Source: an uncultured Chloroflexia bacterium
GTDB taxonomy: Bacteria; Chloroflexota; Limnocylindria; Limnocylindrales; CSP1-4
Length of the DNA: 64,000 nucleotides
Assembly (NCBI GenBank): GCA_963833225.1
Contig: CAWHXD010000014.1
Location: 43,124-107,123 of the forward strand
Direction: 5' to 3'
The notes below the pieces were generated by a model, which searched no databases, was not told the origin of the DNA, and saw only the letters and a program-made list of their open reading frames with translations. The position numbers and the translations under genes are program-made. Shown here in pieces: positions 17,880 to 28,924 of this stretch (position 1 is the first letter of the stretch; each line of letters starts with the position of its first letter).

Positions 17880-19280
17880 CTAGTTGAGTGGGTCGCCGTC
17901 GCCCGCCTGGAACAGCCCAACGGCCCCATGACCCACGAAGTTGAAGGCGTGGGTGACGAAGGCGTAGATGCCGTCCTCGGCCGCGGTGAACTCGATGATC
18001 GCGGCCTGCGCCGGGGACAGGTCCACGGCCTGCGAACCCCAGTTGCCGCTGTTGCCGCGCTTGACCCCATCGCCCTCCTTGATCACGTTGTCGAAGATCG
18101 TGCCGACCACGTGGAACGAGCTGTCGATGTTGGGTCCGACGTTGAGGACGAACAGGCGGACGCGCTTCCCGGGCTCGATGGCGACGGGGTTGTCCTTGTA
18201 CTGGTTGGCGACGCCGTTGAAGACCACGAAGTCGGGTGCGGGCGCGGTCTGGTTCGCCTTCGTGTAGTCGACGGGCTCGCCCTGCTTGCCGAGGTACCAC
18301 TCGCTCTGGACGAGCGTGAACTCCTGGTCGACCTTGGGCAGGCCCTCCTTCGGCTCCACGATCACCATCCCGAACATGCCGTTGGCGATGTGATGCAGCG
18401 TCGGGGCAGTGCCGCAGTGGTACATCCAGACGCCCGCGTAGTTGGCCTTGTAGGTGTAGGTGAACGTCTCGCCCGGCTTGATCTCCACCATCTGGTGGTT
18501 CATCGCGGTCTCGGAGGCGTGGAAGTCGATCGAATGGCTCATCGTCCCCTGGTTCGTCAGGTGGATGTTGACCGTGTCGCCCACCTTGACCCGGACCGTC
18601 GGCCCGGGGACGGTCCCGCCAAAGGTCCACACGTGGACCACGAAGCCGTCGGCGACCGTCATGTCCTTCTCGATGATCGGGAAGTCGATGTCATGGACGG
18701 TGCCCTGGGCCAGCGCCGGCGCCCGGGGGTCGTGGAGGATGTAGGGGGGCGCGCTGGGATCCGCCACCGGGGCGGACGCGAGCGCTGCCGAGGGACCCTC
18801 GGACATGCCGGGCATCGCCGCGGCCTGGCCCTCGACGGACACCTGGCCAGTCATGCCGGCCTGGGCGTGGCCCGGGATGGAGCACAGGAAGGACAGGCCG
18901 CCGGCCGGGATCGCGACGTCCGCCGTCGTTGTCTGGCCGGCCTCGGCAACAAGCTTGGTGCCATCGGCGAAGGTCAGGTCGTGGGTCGTGGATCCCGTGT
19001 TGGCGAAGGTGACCGTGTACATGCCCGCCGCCGGGACGGTCACGGCCGACGGCTTGAACCCGAGGTCGAAGGCCTCGATGCGCAGCGCGCCGCCAGCCGC
19101 GGCGGCCACCGCCGGGGCCGAGGTGGCGTTCGGCTGGTCAACCCCCGCCGCGGGGGACGCACCCCCGGCGACGGGCGGCCCGAACGACCAGCCCGGGGCC
19201 GTTGCCGACCCGCAGGCGGAGGCGGAGATGGTGAAGGCCATCAGCACGGTGGCGGCCACGAGACGCCGGGGACGAGGCAT
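17880..19280 (-). CDS. nirK: Copper-containing nitrite reductase with extra N-terminal cupredoxin, probable lipoprotein
   Basis: HSIDFH, YHCGTAPTLHHIANGM, SSFHVVG, YAFVTH NirK motifs; N-terminal HDLTF...CSIPGHAQAGM T1-Cu site; signal ending ISASA-C. Confidence 0.88.
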   Translation of the reverse strand: MPRPRRLVAATVLMAFTISASACGSATAPGWSFGPPVAGGASPAAGVDQPNATSAPAVAAAAGGALRIEAFDLGFKPSAVTVPAAGMYTVTFANTGSTTHDLTFADGTKLVAEAGQTTTADVAIPAGGLSFLCSIPGHAQAGMTGQVSVEGQAAAMPGMSEGPSAALASAPVADPSAPPYILHDPRAPALAQGTVHDIDFPIIEKDMTVADGFVVHVWTFGGTVPGPTVRVKVGDTVNIHLTNQGTMSHSIDFHASETAMNHQMVEIKPGETFTYTYKANYAGVWMYHCGTAPTLHHIANGMFGMVIVEPKEGLPKVDQEFTLVQSEWYLGKQGEPVDYTKANQTAPAPDFVVFNGVANQYKDNPVAIEPGKRVRLFVLNVGPNIDSSFHVVGTIFDNVIKEGDGVKRGNSGNWGSQAVDLSPAQAAIIEFTAAEDGIYAFVTHAFNFVGHGAVGLFQAGDGDPLN

Positions 19281-19372
19281 GATCGGTTCCCTTCCGTTGG
19301 CCCGGCTCGTTTCCCCGTCCGGGTCCCTGTCCGGTGGTCCGGCATCCCGCTGGCCGTCCCCTACCGGAGTAC

Positions 19373-19404
19373 AAGGTAACTATCACCAACTTACTATGTA
19401 TTTG
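19373..19404. promoter_or_regulatory. AT-rich probable Rrf2/NsrR-type site in the divergent nirK promoter
   Basis: AAGGTAACTATCACCAACTTACTATGTATTTG, an AT-rich island between divergent genes; Rrf2 gene nearby. Confidence 0.4.
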
Positions 19405-19409
19405 TGAAG

Positions 19410-20828
19410 ATGACCAGTGACCCCAATGCCGGGGGCCGGGAGGCCCCCTCTGGCGGTGACGCCGCCACCGACGCCGCCGGCACCCGGCTGACGGGGATCC
19501 CACCCAGGGAGCCACCAACCCGGGCGCCGCTTGCGGTGCCCCTCGCGCCCACGGCGCCCCGACCGGCGGCCGGGGCGCTCCATGCCCCGGGGCCGCGGCG
19601 TGCGGACGACCGGCGGATCGCGATGCTCGCCATCGCCGCTTCGGCGGGCTTCCTGGTCGCGTCGGCCCTGTCCGCGCTCGCTGCGGCCACGGGCGCCGCC
19701 GTGCTGTCGCCGTGGCTGCCGCTGCACCTGGCCCTCGCCGGCAGCGCATCGACGGCGATCGCGGGTGTGATGCCGTTCTTCGTGGCCGCGCTCGCCGCGG
19801 GTGCGCCAGCGGGAGCGCGCCTGCGCGGGGCGGCAGTGGTGCTGGTGGGGGCGGGCGCGGCGCTGGTGGCGGTCCGCGGGATCGACCCGTCCATCGGCTG
19901 GGCGCCGGTCGTGGGCGGCTCAGCCTACCTTCTCGGGATCGGGGCGCTGGCGGTTGCCGTCCGCGAGTCCGGACGAGCCGGCCTGATGATGCGCCGGCCC
20001 GTGGTCTCGCTCGGCTACACGCTGGCCCTCGTCAACGTGGCGATCGGCGGGTCGCTTGCGACGCTGATGGTTGCGGGCTGGGGACCGGTGCTGGAGGCCT
20101 GGTCGCGGCTCCGACCGGCCCACGCCTGGACCAACGTGCTCGGATTCGTCTCGCTGGTGATCCTCGCGACGCTGCTCCATCTCCTGCCGACCGTGCTGGG
20201 CGGGCGGATCGTCCCGCGGAGGAGCGCCGCGCTCGTGGTGCTGGGACCCGCGATGGGCTCGCCGCTGGTGGTGGTCGGGATGATCGCTGGCTCGGGACCC
20301 GTTGCCGGGGCCGGGGCTGTGCTGGCGCTGGTCGGGGCCGGCGCGATGGTGATCGAGACGGCGAGGATCGTCCGCGACCGTGGCCACTGGACCTCCGACC
20401 CCGGCTGGCACCGGTTCGCCTCGGCCGGGATGCTCGCCGCGGTCGCGTGGTACCTCGCCGGGGTCGCCATGGCGTCCTGGCTGGTGATCGCCGAGGGACC
20501 GCGCGCAGACGCCTGGTCCACGCCGCTGGTCGGCGCGCCGCTCGTGGCAGGCTGGATCGCCCAGGTGCTGCTCGCGTCGTGGACGCACCTGCTGCCATCG
20601 ATCGGGCCCGGGGGACCGGTCGCGCACGCGCGCCAGCGCGTGGTCCTGGGGCGGCTGGCGACCGTGCGGCTTCTCGCCTTCAATGGCGGCGTCGTCCTGC
20701 TCTGGTGGGGCCCGGCGTCGGCATCGCCAGCGATGGTGGTCGTGGGCGGCGTCCTGACCGGCGCGGCGATCGTCGTCACGGTGGCGCTGATCGCCGAGGC
20801 GGTTCGCGTGGGACGCGCAGCGAGCTGA
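19410..20828 (+). CDS. Polytopic membrane protein, NnrS-like / resembles the membrane module fused to actinobacterial NirK
   Basis: About 12 hydrophobic segments; WLPLHLALAG, AHAWTNVLGFVSL, HLLPTVLG, SWTHLLP motifs; start uncertain. Confidence 0.65.
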   Translation: MTSDPNAGGREAPSGGDAATDAAGTRLTGIPPREPPTRAPLAVPLAPTAPRPAAGALHAPGPRRADDRRIAMLAIAASAGFLVASALSALAAATGAAVLSPWLPLHLALAGSASTAIAGVMPFFVAALAAGAPAGARLRGAAVVLVGAGAALVAVRGIDPSIGWAPVVGGSAYLLGIGALAVAVRESGRAGLMMRRPVVSLGYTLALVNVAIGGSLATLMVAGWGPVLEAWSRLRPAHAWTNVLGFVSLVILATLLHLLPTVLGGRIVPRRSAALVVLGPAMGSPLVVVGMIAGSGPVAGAGAVLALVGAGAMVIETARIVRDRGHWTSDPGWHRFASAGMLAAVAWYLAGVAMASWLVIAEGPRADAWSTPLVGAPLVAGWIAQVLLASWTHLLPSIGPGGPVAHARQRVVLGRLATVRLLAFNGGVVLLWWGPASASPAMVVVGGVLTGAAIVVTVALIAEAVRVGRAAS

Positions 20829-20840
20829 CCGGCTCGGCGG

Positions 20841-21284
20841 TCAGGCCTCCGGGTGCGTTCGGAGCGCGTCGCCGGTGGCGGGTGCGGCGAGGTCAGCGAG
20901 CATCGAGCGGGCGAAGTGGCCTCGGAGCGCCTCCTGGCCCTCGAGGAACACGTCGTGGACGTCGCACGTCCCGTCCAGGCCGCAGGGGCCACCCCGGAGC
21001 ACGCACGACTGCCGCCGGTTGTCGCCTTCAACCGCCTCGATGACCTCGAGCAGGCTGATCGACGCCGGGTCACGTGACAGCCGGTAGCCGCCCGCCCGCC
21101 CTGGGGCAGCCTCCACCAGCCCGCCGCGCTGGAGATCGGCGAGCACCTGGGGCAGGAAACGGACCGGGATACTCATCGCGTCGGAGATCCGGCGCGCGGA
21201 GAGCAACCCGTTCCCGGACCCGCGTGCCAGGGCGAGCATCGCGCGCACCGCGTAGTCGCCACGCTTGGTCAGTTCGAGACGCAT
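20841..21284 (-). CDS. Rrf2 family Fe-S transcriptional regulator
   Basis: MRLELTKRGDYAVRA...GGYRL...LLEVIEAVEG...CVLRGGPCGLDGTCDVH. Confidence 0.92.
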   Translation of the reverse strand: MRLELTKRGDYAVRAMLALARGSGNGLLSARRISDAMSIPVRFLPQVLADLQRGGLVEAAPGRAGGYRLSRDPASISLLEVIEAVEGDNRRQSCVLRGGPCGLDGTCDVHDVFLEGQEALRGHFARSMLADLAAPATGDALRTHPEA

Positions 21285-21424
21285 CGACCCGAGTATGCGT
21301 CCCAGCGCGAGAAGGTGCCGGCAAGGTGCCTGCCGGGGCGCCGGACGACGCGAGCCGGCTCCCGGCCGCAAGATGTCACCGTCACGGCCCGACCCCGGAC
21401 GTGATCGCCAGTCATGGGAAGGCC

Positions 21425-21934
21425 GTGTCCGCTCGAGTCCTCGTCGCCTACGCGACCAAGCTTGGTTCCACCGGTGAGATCGCCGAAGCGATCGCGCAGG
21501 GGCTGCGTGACGGTGGTCATCGCGCGCTGGCCATGCCCGCGCGCGAGGTCACCAGCCTCGACGAGTGGGACGCGGTGATCCTGGGCAGCGCCCTGTACGC
21601 CGCGTTCTGGCGCAAGGAGGCCCGCCTGTTCATCGAGCGGTTCCACGATGGTCTCGCGGCGCGCCCGCTGTGGCTGTTCAGCGGCGGGCCGCTCGATCGC
21701 CGCCTGGCGAGGGCGGACCAGCCCATCACCCCGCACGGCGCGGAGATCACCGCGGGGCTTGGCGCGCGAGCCCACCGGACGTTCGGCGGCCGGTTGTCGG
21801 CAGACGCGGATGTCGATCCCCAGGTCCACCAGACCCACCGCCTCGGCGACTTCCGCGACTGGCAGTCCATCGTCGAGTACGCGTACCGGATCGGCCGCGA
21901 GCTCGACCGCATGACGTTCCCGCCCCGAGCCTAG
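21425..21934 (+). CDS. Flavodoxin-domain protein (HemG-like)
   Basis: VLVAYATKLGSTGEIAEAI, DAVILGSALY, WLFSGGP, DFRDW. Confidence 0.85.
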   Translation: MSARVLVAYATKLGSTGEIAEAIAQGLRDGGHRALAMPAREVTSLDEWDAVILGSALYAAFWRKEARLFIERFHDGLAARPLWLFSGGPLDRRLARADQPITPHGAEITAGLGARAHRTFGGRLSADADVDPQVHQTHRLGDFRDWQSIVEYAYRIGRELDRMTFPPRA

Positions 21935-21975
21935 CCGGAACCGGTCCGCGGACCGTCACCCGGTAGACTTCGACG

Positions 21976-22986
21976 ATGCCCCGCTTCAACTACGGCGGTC
22001 AGGCGCTCATCGAAGGCGTCATGATGCGCGGTCGCGACGCCATCGCGGTCGCCCTGCGCCACCCCGACGGCCGGATCGTGTACGAGCACGAGCGCCTTGA
22101 CGCCGGCACGGTCCACGGCAACCGAGCCGCGAAATGGCCGTTCGTCCGGGGCCTGGTGGTCCTGTACGAGACCCTTGTCGTGGGCACCCGCTGGCTGATC
22201 CGCTCCGCCGGCCTCCAGGCCGAGGAGGAGGGCGTCGAGATCGGCAAGGGGTCGGTCGCCCTGATGCTCGGGATCACCGCGATCCTGGGCATCGGCCTGT
22301 TCTTCCTGCTGCCGCTCCTGATCGCGACGTTCACGGCGCAGAACATCGAGAACGACCTCGCGCAGCACCTCATCGAGGGGCTGGTGCGGGTGGTCATCTT
22401 CCTCGGCTACCTCGCCGTGATCAGCCGGACGCCGGACATCAGCCGCGTCTTCCAGTACCACGGCGCCGAGCACATGACCATCCACACGTTCGAGGCCGGC
22501 CAGCCGCTCCGCCCGGAGTACGTCCGGCGGCACCCCACCGCGCACCCGCGGTGCGGCACGGAGTTCCTGGTGGTGGTGATCCTGCTGTCGATCGTGGCGT
22601 TCAGCCTGGTCGGCAAGCAGAACCCGCTGATCATGGTCGGCTCGCGGATCCTGCTGATCCCGGTGATCGCGGCCATCGGCTACGAGCTGCTCCGGCTCGG
22701 CGCCCGGCATCGCTCCAACCCGATCATCCGGGTGATCATGTGGCCCGGGATCCTGGTCCAGATGATCACCACCAAGCAGCCGACCGACGACATGATCGAG
22801 GTCGCGATCGTCTCGCTCGAGGAGGCGATCGTGGCCGACGGGGACCCGATCCCCGAGGGTGGCCTCCACCTCGCGCGGGAGCCCATGCCGCAGCCCGGCG
22901 CGACCGCCGCCGGCGTCCGCGCGGCGCAGGAGGCCGCCGAGGGCGAGGCCGCGGCGCCGGTCTCGATCGACCCTCCGATGGCCTGA
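21976..22986 (+). CDS. DUF1385 membrane metalloprotease-like protein
   Basis: YGGQALIEGVMMR, FQYHGAEH, HPRCGT, ITTKQP; typical position upstream of prfA. Confidence 0.92.
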   Translation: MPRFNYGGQALIEGVMMRGRDAIAVALRHPDGRIVYEHERLDAGTVHGNRAAKWPFVRGLVVLYETLVVGTRWLIRSAGLQAEEEGVEIGKGSVALMLGITAILGIGLFFLLPLLIATFTAQNIENDLAQHLIEGLVRVVIFLGYLAVISRTPDISRVFQYHGAEHMTIHTFEAGQPLRPEYVRRHPTAHPRCGTEFLVVVILLSIVAFSLVGKQNPLIMVGSRILLIPVIAAIGYELLRLGARHRSNPIIRVIMWPGILVQMITTKQPTDDMIEVAIVSLEEAIVADGDPIPEGGLHLAREPMPQPGATAAGVRAAQEAAEGEAAAPVSIDPPMA

Positions 22987-22998
22987 GGCCGGATCCGC

Positions 22999-24126
22999 AT
23001 GGCCGATACCGGGAACCTCGAGGCGAAGCTGGCCGCGCTTGCCCTCCAGTACGACGCGGTGCTCGAGGAGCTCGCCCGCCCCGAGACCTCCACCGATCCC
23101 GCCGCGATGAAGCGCCTCGGCCGCGAGCTCGCGCGCCTGGAGCCGGTCGTGGCCGCGTACCGGGAGCTGGGCGACGTGCGGGAGCAGCTCCACGGCGCCC
23201 TCGAGCTCCTCCACGCCGAGACGGACGAGGACATGAAGGCCATGGCCCGCGACGAGGTGGCCGCCCTGGAGGCTCGCGAGGAGCAGCTCGTCGAGGACCT
23301 CAAGGTCTCGCTCATCCCGCGGGATCCGAACGATGACCGCAACGTCATCGTCGAGATCCGGGCAGGCGCCGGTGGCGAGGAGGCGGCGCTGTTCGCGGCG
23401 GAGCTGCTGCGGATGTACTCGCGCTACGCCGCGGAGCACCGCTACCGGACCGACCTGATGAGCCTCAACGAGACGGGGATCGGCGGGATCAAGGAGGCGA
23501 TCCTCGAGATCGCCGGCGACGGGGCCTATAGCCGGTTCAAGTTCGAGGGCGGCGTCCACCGCGTCCAGCGCGTGCCGTCCACGGAGAGCAGCGGCCGGAT
23601 CCACACCTCCACCGCCACCGTGATCGTGATGCCCGAGGCCGACGAGCTCGAGGTCGAGATCGACGAGGAGCGGGACCTCCGGATCGAGGTCAAGCGCAGC
23701 TCCGGGCCCGGCGGCCAGTCGGTCAACACCACCGATTCGGCGGTGCGCATCACCCACCTCCCGTCCGGCCTCGTGGTCGAGATCCAGGACGAGAAGAGCC
23801 AGCACAAGAACAAGGCCAAGGCGATGTCCGTGCTGCGCTCCCGCCTGTATGACCTGGAGCTCGCGAAGCAGCGCGAGCGGGACAGCGCGACCCGGCGGAC
23901 GATGGTCCAGGCGGGGGACCGGTCGGAGAAGATCCGGACCTACAACTTCCCCGACAACCGGGTGACCGACCACCGGATCGGGACGACGATCCACAACGTG
24001 CCCGGCGTGCTCGAGGGCCAGCTGGACCCGCTCATCGATGCCCTCGTGATGGCGGACCAGGCCGATCGCCTCAGTGATCTCGCCGAGTCAGGGCCTGTCG
24101 ATACCGACGACGGCGTCGCCGACTGA
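22999..24126 (+). CDS. prfA: Peptide chain release factor 1
   Basis: [25 protein letters not shown] (PxT), [14 protein letters not shown]. Confidence 0.97.
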   Translation: MADTGNLEAKLAALALQYDAVLEELARPETSTDPAAMKRLGRELARLEPVVAAYRELGDVREQLHGALELLHAETDEDMKAMARDEVAALEAREEQLVEDLKVSLIPRDPNDDRNVIVEIRAGAGGEEAALFAAELLRMYSRYAAEHRYRTDLMSLNETGIGGIKEAILEIAGDGAYSRFKFEGGVHRVQRVPSTESSGRIHTSTATVIVMPEADELEVEIDEERDLRIEVKRSSGPGGQSVNTTDSAVRITHLPSGLVVEIQDEKSQHKNKAKAMSVLRSRLYDLELAKQRERDSATRRTMVQAGDRSEKIRTYNFPDNRVTDHRIGTTIHNVPGVLEGQLDPLIDALVMADQADRLSDLAESGPVDTDDGVAD

Positions 24127-24147
24127 CCGGGTCCGGACCCAGAGCCG

Positions 24148-25137
24148 ATGTCCGACAGCGACGCCTCCACCCCTGGCGCACGCCCGGCTCCCACCGTCGC
24201 CGGGCTGGTCGCCCGCGCCACCGAGCGTCTTGCCGATGCCGGATCCGGGTCTCCGCGTCTCGACGCGGAGCTGCTCATGGGCTTCGCGCTGGGCGTCGAC
24301 CGGGTCGCGGTCATCGCCCATGGCGACGCCCCGGTCGGCACCGGGGTCGTGGCGGGCTTCGAGGCGGCCATCACGCGCCGTGAGCGAGGGGAGCCGGTGG
24401 CGTACATCCGCGGCTTCCGGGAGTTCCACGGCGTGGCGATCGCGACCGACGCCCGAGCGCTCATCCCACGACCCGAGACCGAGCTGCTGGTGGACGCCGC
24501 GATCGAGACGGTGGTGATCCGGCTCACGAGCCTGGCGCGGTCCGCCGGGGCGCCGCCGGTTCCCGTCGCGGATGTCGGGACCGGGTCGGGGGCGATCGCG
24601 GTGGCGCTGATCGTGGCCATGCGGAAGCGGCGGATGGACGCGCACGTCACGGTCCTTGCGACCGACGTCTCGCCGGAGGCGCTCGACCTCGCCCGGGAGA
24701 ACGCGGTGGGCCACGGCGTGGCCGACCGGATGCGGTTCCGCGAGAGCGACCTGCTCCCGACCGGTGACGGCCCGTTCACGGTGATCTGCGCCAATCTCCC
24801 GTACGTGGCGACGGGCGCCCTGGCCGGCCTCGCCCGAGATCTCTCCTTCGAGCCCGTGTCGGCGCTTGACGGTGGCCCCGACGGGCTGGACGTGATCCGG
24901 CGGCTGCTGGACCTCCTGCCTGACGCGCTGGCGGCTGATGGCGTCGCGCTGCTCGAGATCGGTGCGGACCAGGGCGAGGCGATCGCCGCCGCCGTGGCGG
25001 AACGGCTACCCGGCTGGCGGTGCACCGTCGGGGTGGACCTCGCCGGGCTGCCGCGACTGGCACGGGTGGAACCGCCCGCGCCTCCGTCCGCACCCGGGGC
25101 GGCTCCCGGAAGCGTTCCCGGGGCCGGTGTCGCATGA
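24148..25137 (+). CDS. prmC: Release factor glutamine methyltransferase
   Basis: GEPVAYI, LIPRPETE, DVGTGSGAI, ANLPY, ALDGGPDGL. Confidence 0.95.
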   Translation: MSDSDASTPGARPAPTVAGLVARATERLADAGSGSPRLDAELLMGFALGVDRVAVIAHGDAPVGTGVVAGFEAAITRRERGEPVAYIRGFREFHGVAIATDARALIPRPETELLVDAAIETVVIRLTSLARSAGAPPVPVADVGTGSGAIAVALIVAMRKRRMDAHVTVLATDVSPEALDLARENAVGHGVADRMRFRESDLLPTGDGPFTVICANLPYVATGALAGLARDLSFEPVSALDGGPDGLDVIRRLLDLLPDALAADGVALLEIGADQGEAIAAAVAERLPGWRCTVGVDLAGLPRLARVEPPAPPSAPGAAPGSVPGAGVA

Positions 25138-26129
25138 GGGATCATCGGCCGGCCGTCCGACCCGAGCCCGCCTTCCCGATCCGCATGCTGGCCCTCGACA
25201 TCGACGGCACGCTCGTCGGTCCCGACATGGCCCTGTCCGGGCGGCTCGTGTCGGCCATCACCGAGGCGGTCCGGCAGGGGGTGAAGGTCTCGCTCGCGAC
25301 CGGTCGCATGCCCTCCTCGGCCGTCGTGTTCGCCAACCGGCTGGGCCTCCAGGAGCCGATCATCGGCCACCAGGGCGCGATCGTCCGGGCGATGCCCGGT
25401 CCCGCATTTCGCACGGCCACCAGCGGGGAGCCGTTCCGTGGCCGGATCGGACGGATCCTGTCCCACCAGCCGTTGGCCGCCGATGTCACGGTGGACGCCG
25501 TCAGATGGTGCTACGCGAACGGCCTCCATCCGCACATCAACGCGGTCGAGCGGATGATCGTCGCGGAGGACGACCCCAACTTCGCGGACTACTCGGCCTA
25601 CCTCGGGCGGGCCGCGCAGACGGTGCGGGACCTCACGACCGGCATCAGCGCCCGCGCGTCGAAGGTGATCGCCGTCGGGGAGCCCGGCCTCGCGATGGCG
25701 CTGATCGAGGACGCGCGCCGGGTCTTCGCCGGTCGGGCGAGCCCCACCGTCTCGCACCCGCGCTTCCTCGAGTTCGTCGCCCCGGGCGTGTCCAAGGGCC
25801 GCGCCGTGGCCTGGCTGGCCCATCGAGCCGGGATCCCGATGGGCCAGGTCCTTGCCATGGGCGATGCGCTCAACGACTTCGAGATGATCTCCGACGCGGG
25901 TCACGGGGCCGGGGTGGCCTCGGGTCCGGCCGAGGTGCAGCTGGCGGGCCGGTACATCGCGCCGGCCGTCGAGCAGGACGGGGCCGCGGCGCTCATCGAG
26001 GCCCTGGTCCTGGTCCCGCCAGCGGAGGCGCGGCGCAATGCCGAGCGGCTGGCGGCGGAGGCACGCGTCCGGCAGGCCGGCCTGCGCTCCACCCTGGCCG
26101 GCGGCGGCGCATCAGGTCCGGAGGCATGA
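25134..26129 (+). CDS. Cof-type HAD-IIB hydrolase
   Basis: LDIDGTL, LATGR, SKGRA, GDALND; ATGA overlap with prmC. Confidence 0.92.
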   Translation: MRDHRPAVRPEPAFPIRMLALDIDGTLVGPDMALSGRLVSAITEAVRQGVKVSLATGRMPSSAVVFANRLGLQEPIIGHQGAIVRAMPGPAFRTATSGEPFRGRIGRILSHQPLAADVTVDAVRWCYANGLHPHINAVERMIVAEDDPNFADYSAYLGRAAQTVRDLTTGISARASKVIAVGEPGLAMALIEDARRVFAGRASPTVSHPRFLEFVAPGVSKGRAVAWLAHRAGIPMGQVLAMGDALNDFEMISDAGHGAGVASGPAEVQLAGRYIAPAVEQDGAAALIEALVLVPPAEARRNAERLAAEARVRQAGLRSTLAGGGASGPEA

Positions 26130-26791
26130 GCGCGCCCGGCGGACCGCCGCCGATCCTCGCCGATGGTGCGGCCGCCCGGGAGCTCGCCACCGAGCACCTG
26201 CGCGCGGGCCGGATCGTCGCCATCCCCACCGACACCGTGTACGGGATTGCGGCCTGGCTCGACCTGCCGGACGCCATCGAGCGCCTGTTTGCCGCTAAGC
26301 GCCGCCCACCGGAGAAGGCGGTTGCCGTGCTGCTGGCGGACGTCGAGCAGGCATGGACCCTCGGCGAGCGGACGCCCGCGGCGGCGGCGCTCGGCGAGCG
26401 CTTCTGGCCGGGCGGCCTGACGCTGGTCCTGCGCGTCCGTGACGGCGTCCGCCTGCCGCGCGTGCTTGCGGGCGGGTCTCCGACCATCGGGGTCCGGGTG
26501 CCTGACCACGACCTGCCGCGCGCGCTCGCGCGTGCCCTGGGGCCGCTGCCCACCACGTCGGCGAACGTGTCCGGCGAGCCCGATGCGAGGGATGCCGCGG
26601 AGATCGCCGAGCGTCTGGGGACGGCCGCCGCCCTCGTCATCGACGGCGGCCCCATTCACGGCGGCCCCGCGTCGACGGTTGTCGATTGCGCCGGTCCGCT
26701 GGCGGTCGTGCGGCGCGTGGGCGCGATCCCGGCGGCGGCGATCGCCGCGGTCCTCGACGGGGCCGGGATCCCCCACGCCGTGGAGGGCTGA
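26126..26791 (+). CDS. tsaC: L-threonylcarbamoyladenylate synthase (Sua5/TsaC)
   Basis: PTDTVYGI, AKRRP, FWPGGLT, GVRVP, TTSANVSG, STVVD; ATGA overlap. Confidence 0.93.
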   Translation: MSAPGGPPPILADGAAARELATEHLRAGRIVAIPTDTVYGIAAWLDLPDAIERLFAAKRRPPEKAVAVLLADVEQAWTLGERTPAAAALGERFWPGGLTLVLRVRDGVRLPRVLAGGSPTIGVRVPDHDLPRALARALGPLPTTSANVSGEPDARDAAEIAERLGTAAALVIDGGPIHGGPASTVVDCAGPLAVVRRVGAIPAAAIAAVLDGAGIPHAVEG

Positions 26792-26792
26792 C

Positions 26793-27422
26793 CTAGGGGG
26801 CCGGCACCCCCGCGTACACCGGTGACGTCACCAGCGTGATGGACGACAGCGGCCAGTAGCGAAGCGCGCCGCGCCCGATCACGCTCGAGATCGGGATCGG
26901 CCCGAACGACCGCGAATTGGCCGACTCCATGCGGTGGTCGCCCATCACGAACAGCTCGCCCGGCCCGATCGTCCAGGTGTCGCCATCGCCCGGCATCGTC
27001 GGCTCAGGCGTGCCGTCGTTGCCGACGTAGAGGTAGGGCTCGTCGAGCGCGACGCCGTTCACGAAGACCCGCCCGTCGTGGATCTCGACCAGGTCGCCGG
27101 GCTCGCCGATCACGCGCTTGATGTACGGCTCGGGCTGGCTGGTCCACTCGGGCGGCGGTGCGAATACGACGACGTCACCCCGTGAGTAGGCGTCCCAGCG
27201 CGGTGAGAGCTTGTCGATCAGCACGTAGTCGCCCTGCTCGAAGGTTCGCTCCATCGAGAACTGCTCCACCTGGAACGGCTGGGCCACGAACCACTGGATG
27301 CCGAAGAACAGCACGAGCGTGAGGGCGACCGTCTGCACGATCTCGATCAGCCAGCTGGTCGCCCGGCCCCGGCGATGCGGCGGCGGTTCCGGCTGTTCCT
27401 GGGCGTCGATCACGGGATCCAT
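26793..27422 (-). CDS. lepB: Signal peptidase I
   Basis: TM segment, FSMERT (Ser), YIKRVIG (Lys), [11 protein letters not shown]. Confidence 0.95.
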   Translation of the reverse strand: MDPVIDAQEQPEPPPHRRGRATSWLIEIVQTVALTLVLFFGIQWFVAQPFQVEQFSMERTFEQGDYVLIDKLSPRWDAYSRGDVVVFAPPPEWTSQPEPYIKRVIGEPGDLVEIHDGRVFVNGVALDEPYLYVGNDGTPEPTMPGDGDTWTIGPGELFVMGDHRMESANSRSFGPIPISSVIGRGALRYWPLSSITLVTSPVYAGVPAP

Positions 27423-27571
27423 GGCACCTCGGTGGTCTGCCGGCGCGTGCTCCGGCCGTGCTCAGGGTACGGGCTCGCGACCGGACCTGCCGTCGGCGGC
27501 GTTTCCCGGCGGCCGACCGTGGGAGAATAGAAGCCCCAAACGCCGCGCCCGAGCTCCAGGAGGTCCTCGCC

Positions 27572-28909
27572 GTGTCCCAGGCCACCGTGTCGTCCGCCGC
27601 GTGGGCGCCAATCGCCGAGGTGGACCCGGAGCTGTGGGCCGCGATGGAGGCGGAGCGTCGCCGGCAGCGGGACAAGATCGAGCTGATCGCGAGCGAGAAC
27701 TACGTGTTCGCCGCCGTGGAGGAGGCGCAGGGCTCCTGGCTCACCAACAAGTACGCCGAGGGCCTGCCGGGCAAGCGCTACTACGGCGGCTGCGAGCACG
27801 TGGACATCGTGGAGGACCTGGCCCGAAGCCGCGCCCTGGCCCTGTTCCCGGGCTCGGACCACGTCAACGTCCAGCCGCACAGTGGGGCCCAGGCCAACAT
27901 GGCCGCCTACTTCGCGGTCCTGCGGCCGGGCGACCGGATCCTGGGCATGAGCCTCGCGCATGGCGGACATCTCACGCACGGGTCGCCGGTCAACTTCAGC
28001 GGCCGGCTGTACGAGGTCCACGCCTACGGCGTCGACCGCGAGACGGAGCGGATCGACTACGACGCGCTGGAGGCGCAGGCCGCGGAGGTCCGACCCAAGG
28101 TGCTGGTCGCCGGCGCGTCCGCCTACCCGCGGACGTGGGACTTCGAGCGCATGGCCGACATCGCCCACGGCGTCGGCGCCCTCCTGTTCGTGGACATGGC
28201 GCACTTCGCGGGCCTGGTCGCCGCCGGGCTCCACCCGAGCCCGTTCCCGCACGCGGACCTCGTGACGAGCACGACCCACAAGACCCTCCGGGGGCCCCGC
28301 GGCGGTCTCCTGTTCGCGCGCGCGGACCTGCCCGAGAGCGTCAGCCGTGAGGACTTCCCGGCCCTCGGCAAGAACACCCTCGCCCAGGCGATCGACAAGA
28401 GCGTGTTCCCGGGCGTCCAGGGTGGTCCCCTGATGCACGTGATCGCGGCCAAGGCGGTCGCGTTCCAGCTTGCGGCCACCGAGGCGTTCCGCCGGGACCA
28501 GGCGCGGACGATCGAGAACTCGCAGGTCCTCACCGGCACGATGGCCGATGCGGGCGCCCGGGTCGTGAGCGGCGGGACCGACAACCACCTCGCGCTGGTG
28601 GACGTGACGCCGCTGGGCGTGACCGGCCGTGACGCGGAGGCGCTGCTCGACGATGTCGGCATCACGGTCAACAAGAACGCCATCCCGTTTGACCAGAACC
28701 CGCCCAACATCGCGTCCGGCATCCGGATCGGCACACCCGCCACCACGACCCGTGGGATGGGGCCCGACGAGATGCGCTCGATCGGCCACCTCATCGTGGA
28801 AGCCATCAAGGACCGCGGCCAGGCCGCCGTCGGGGAGCGGATCCGCGAGGACGTGCGCGAGCTCGTGAGCCGGTTCCCGGTTCCCGGGCTGCCACGCGAT
28901 CGTGACTAG
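27572..28909 (+). CDS. glyA: Serine hydroxymethyltransferase
   Basis: [40 protein letters not shown]; GTG start after AGGAGG. Confidence 0.97.
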   Translation: MSQATVSSAAWAPIAEVDPELWAAMEAERRRQRDKIELIASENYVFAAVEEAQGSWLTNKYAEGLPGKRYYGGCEHVDIVEDLARSRALALFPGSDHVNVQPHSGAQANMAAYFAVLRPGDRILGMSLAHGGHLTHGSPVNFSGRLYEVHAYGVDRETERIDYDALEAQAAEVRPKVLVAGASAYPRTWDFERMADIAHGVGALLFVDMAHFAGLVAAGLHPSPFPHADLVTSTTHKTLRGPRGGLLFARADLPESVSREDFPALGKNTLAQAIDKSVFPGVQGGPLMHVIAAKAVAFQLAATEAFRRDQARTIENSQVLTGTMADAGARVVSGGTDNHLALVDVTPLGVTGRDAEALLDDVGITVNKNAIPFDQNPPNIASGIRIGTPATTTRGMGPDEMRSIGHLIVEAIKDRGQAAVGERIREDVRELVSRFPVPGLPRDRD

Positions 28910-28924
28910 GAGGCACACCCGCCG

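Noticed and set aside
27423-27571. ZTP riboswitch before glyA
   Set aside because: Lacks the GACTGGCG and CGCCTGGG pseudoknot elements.
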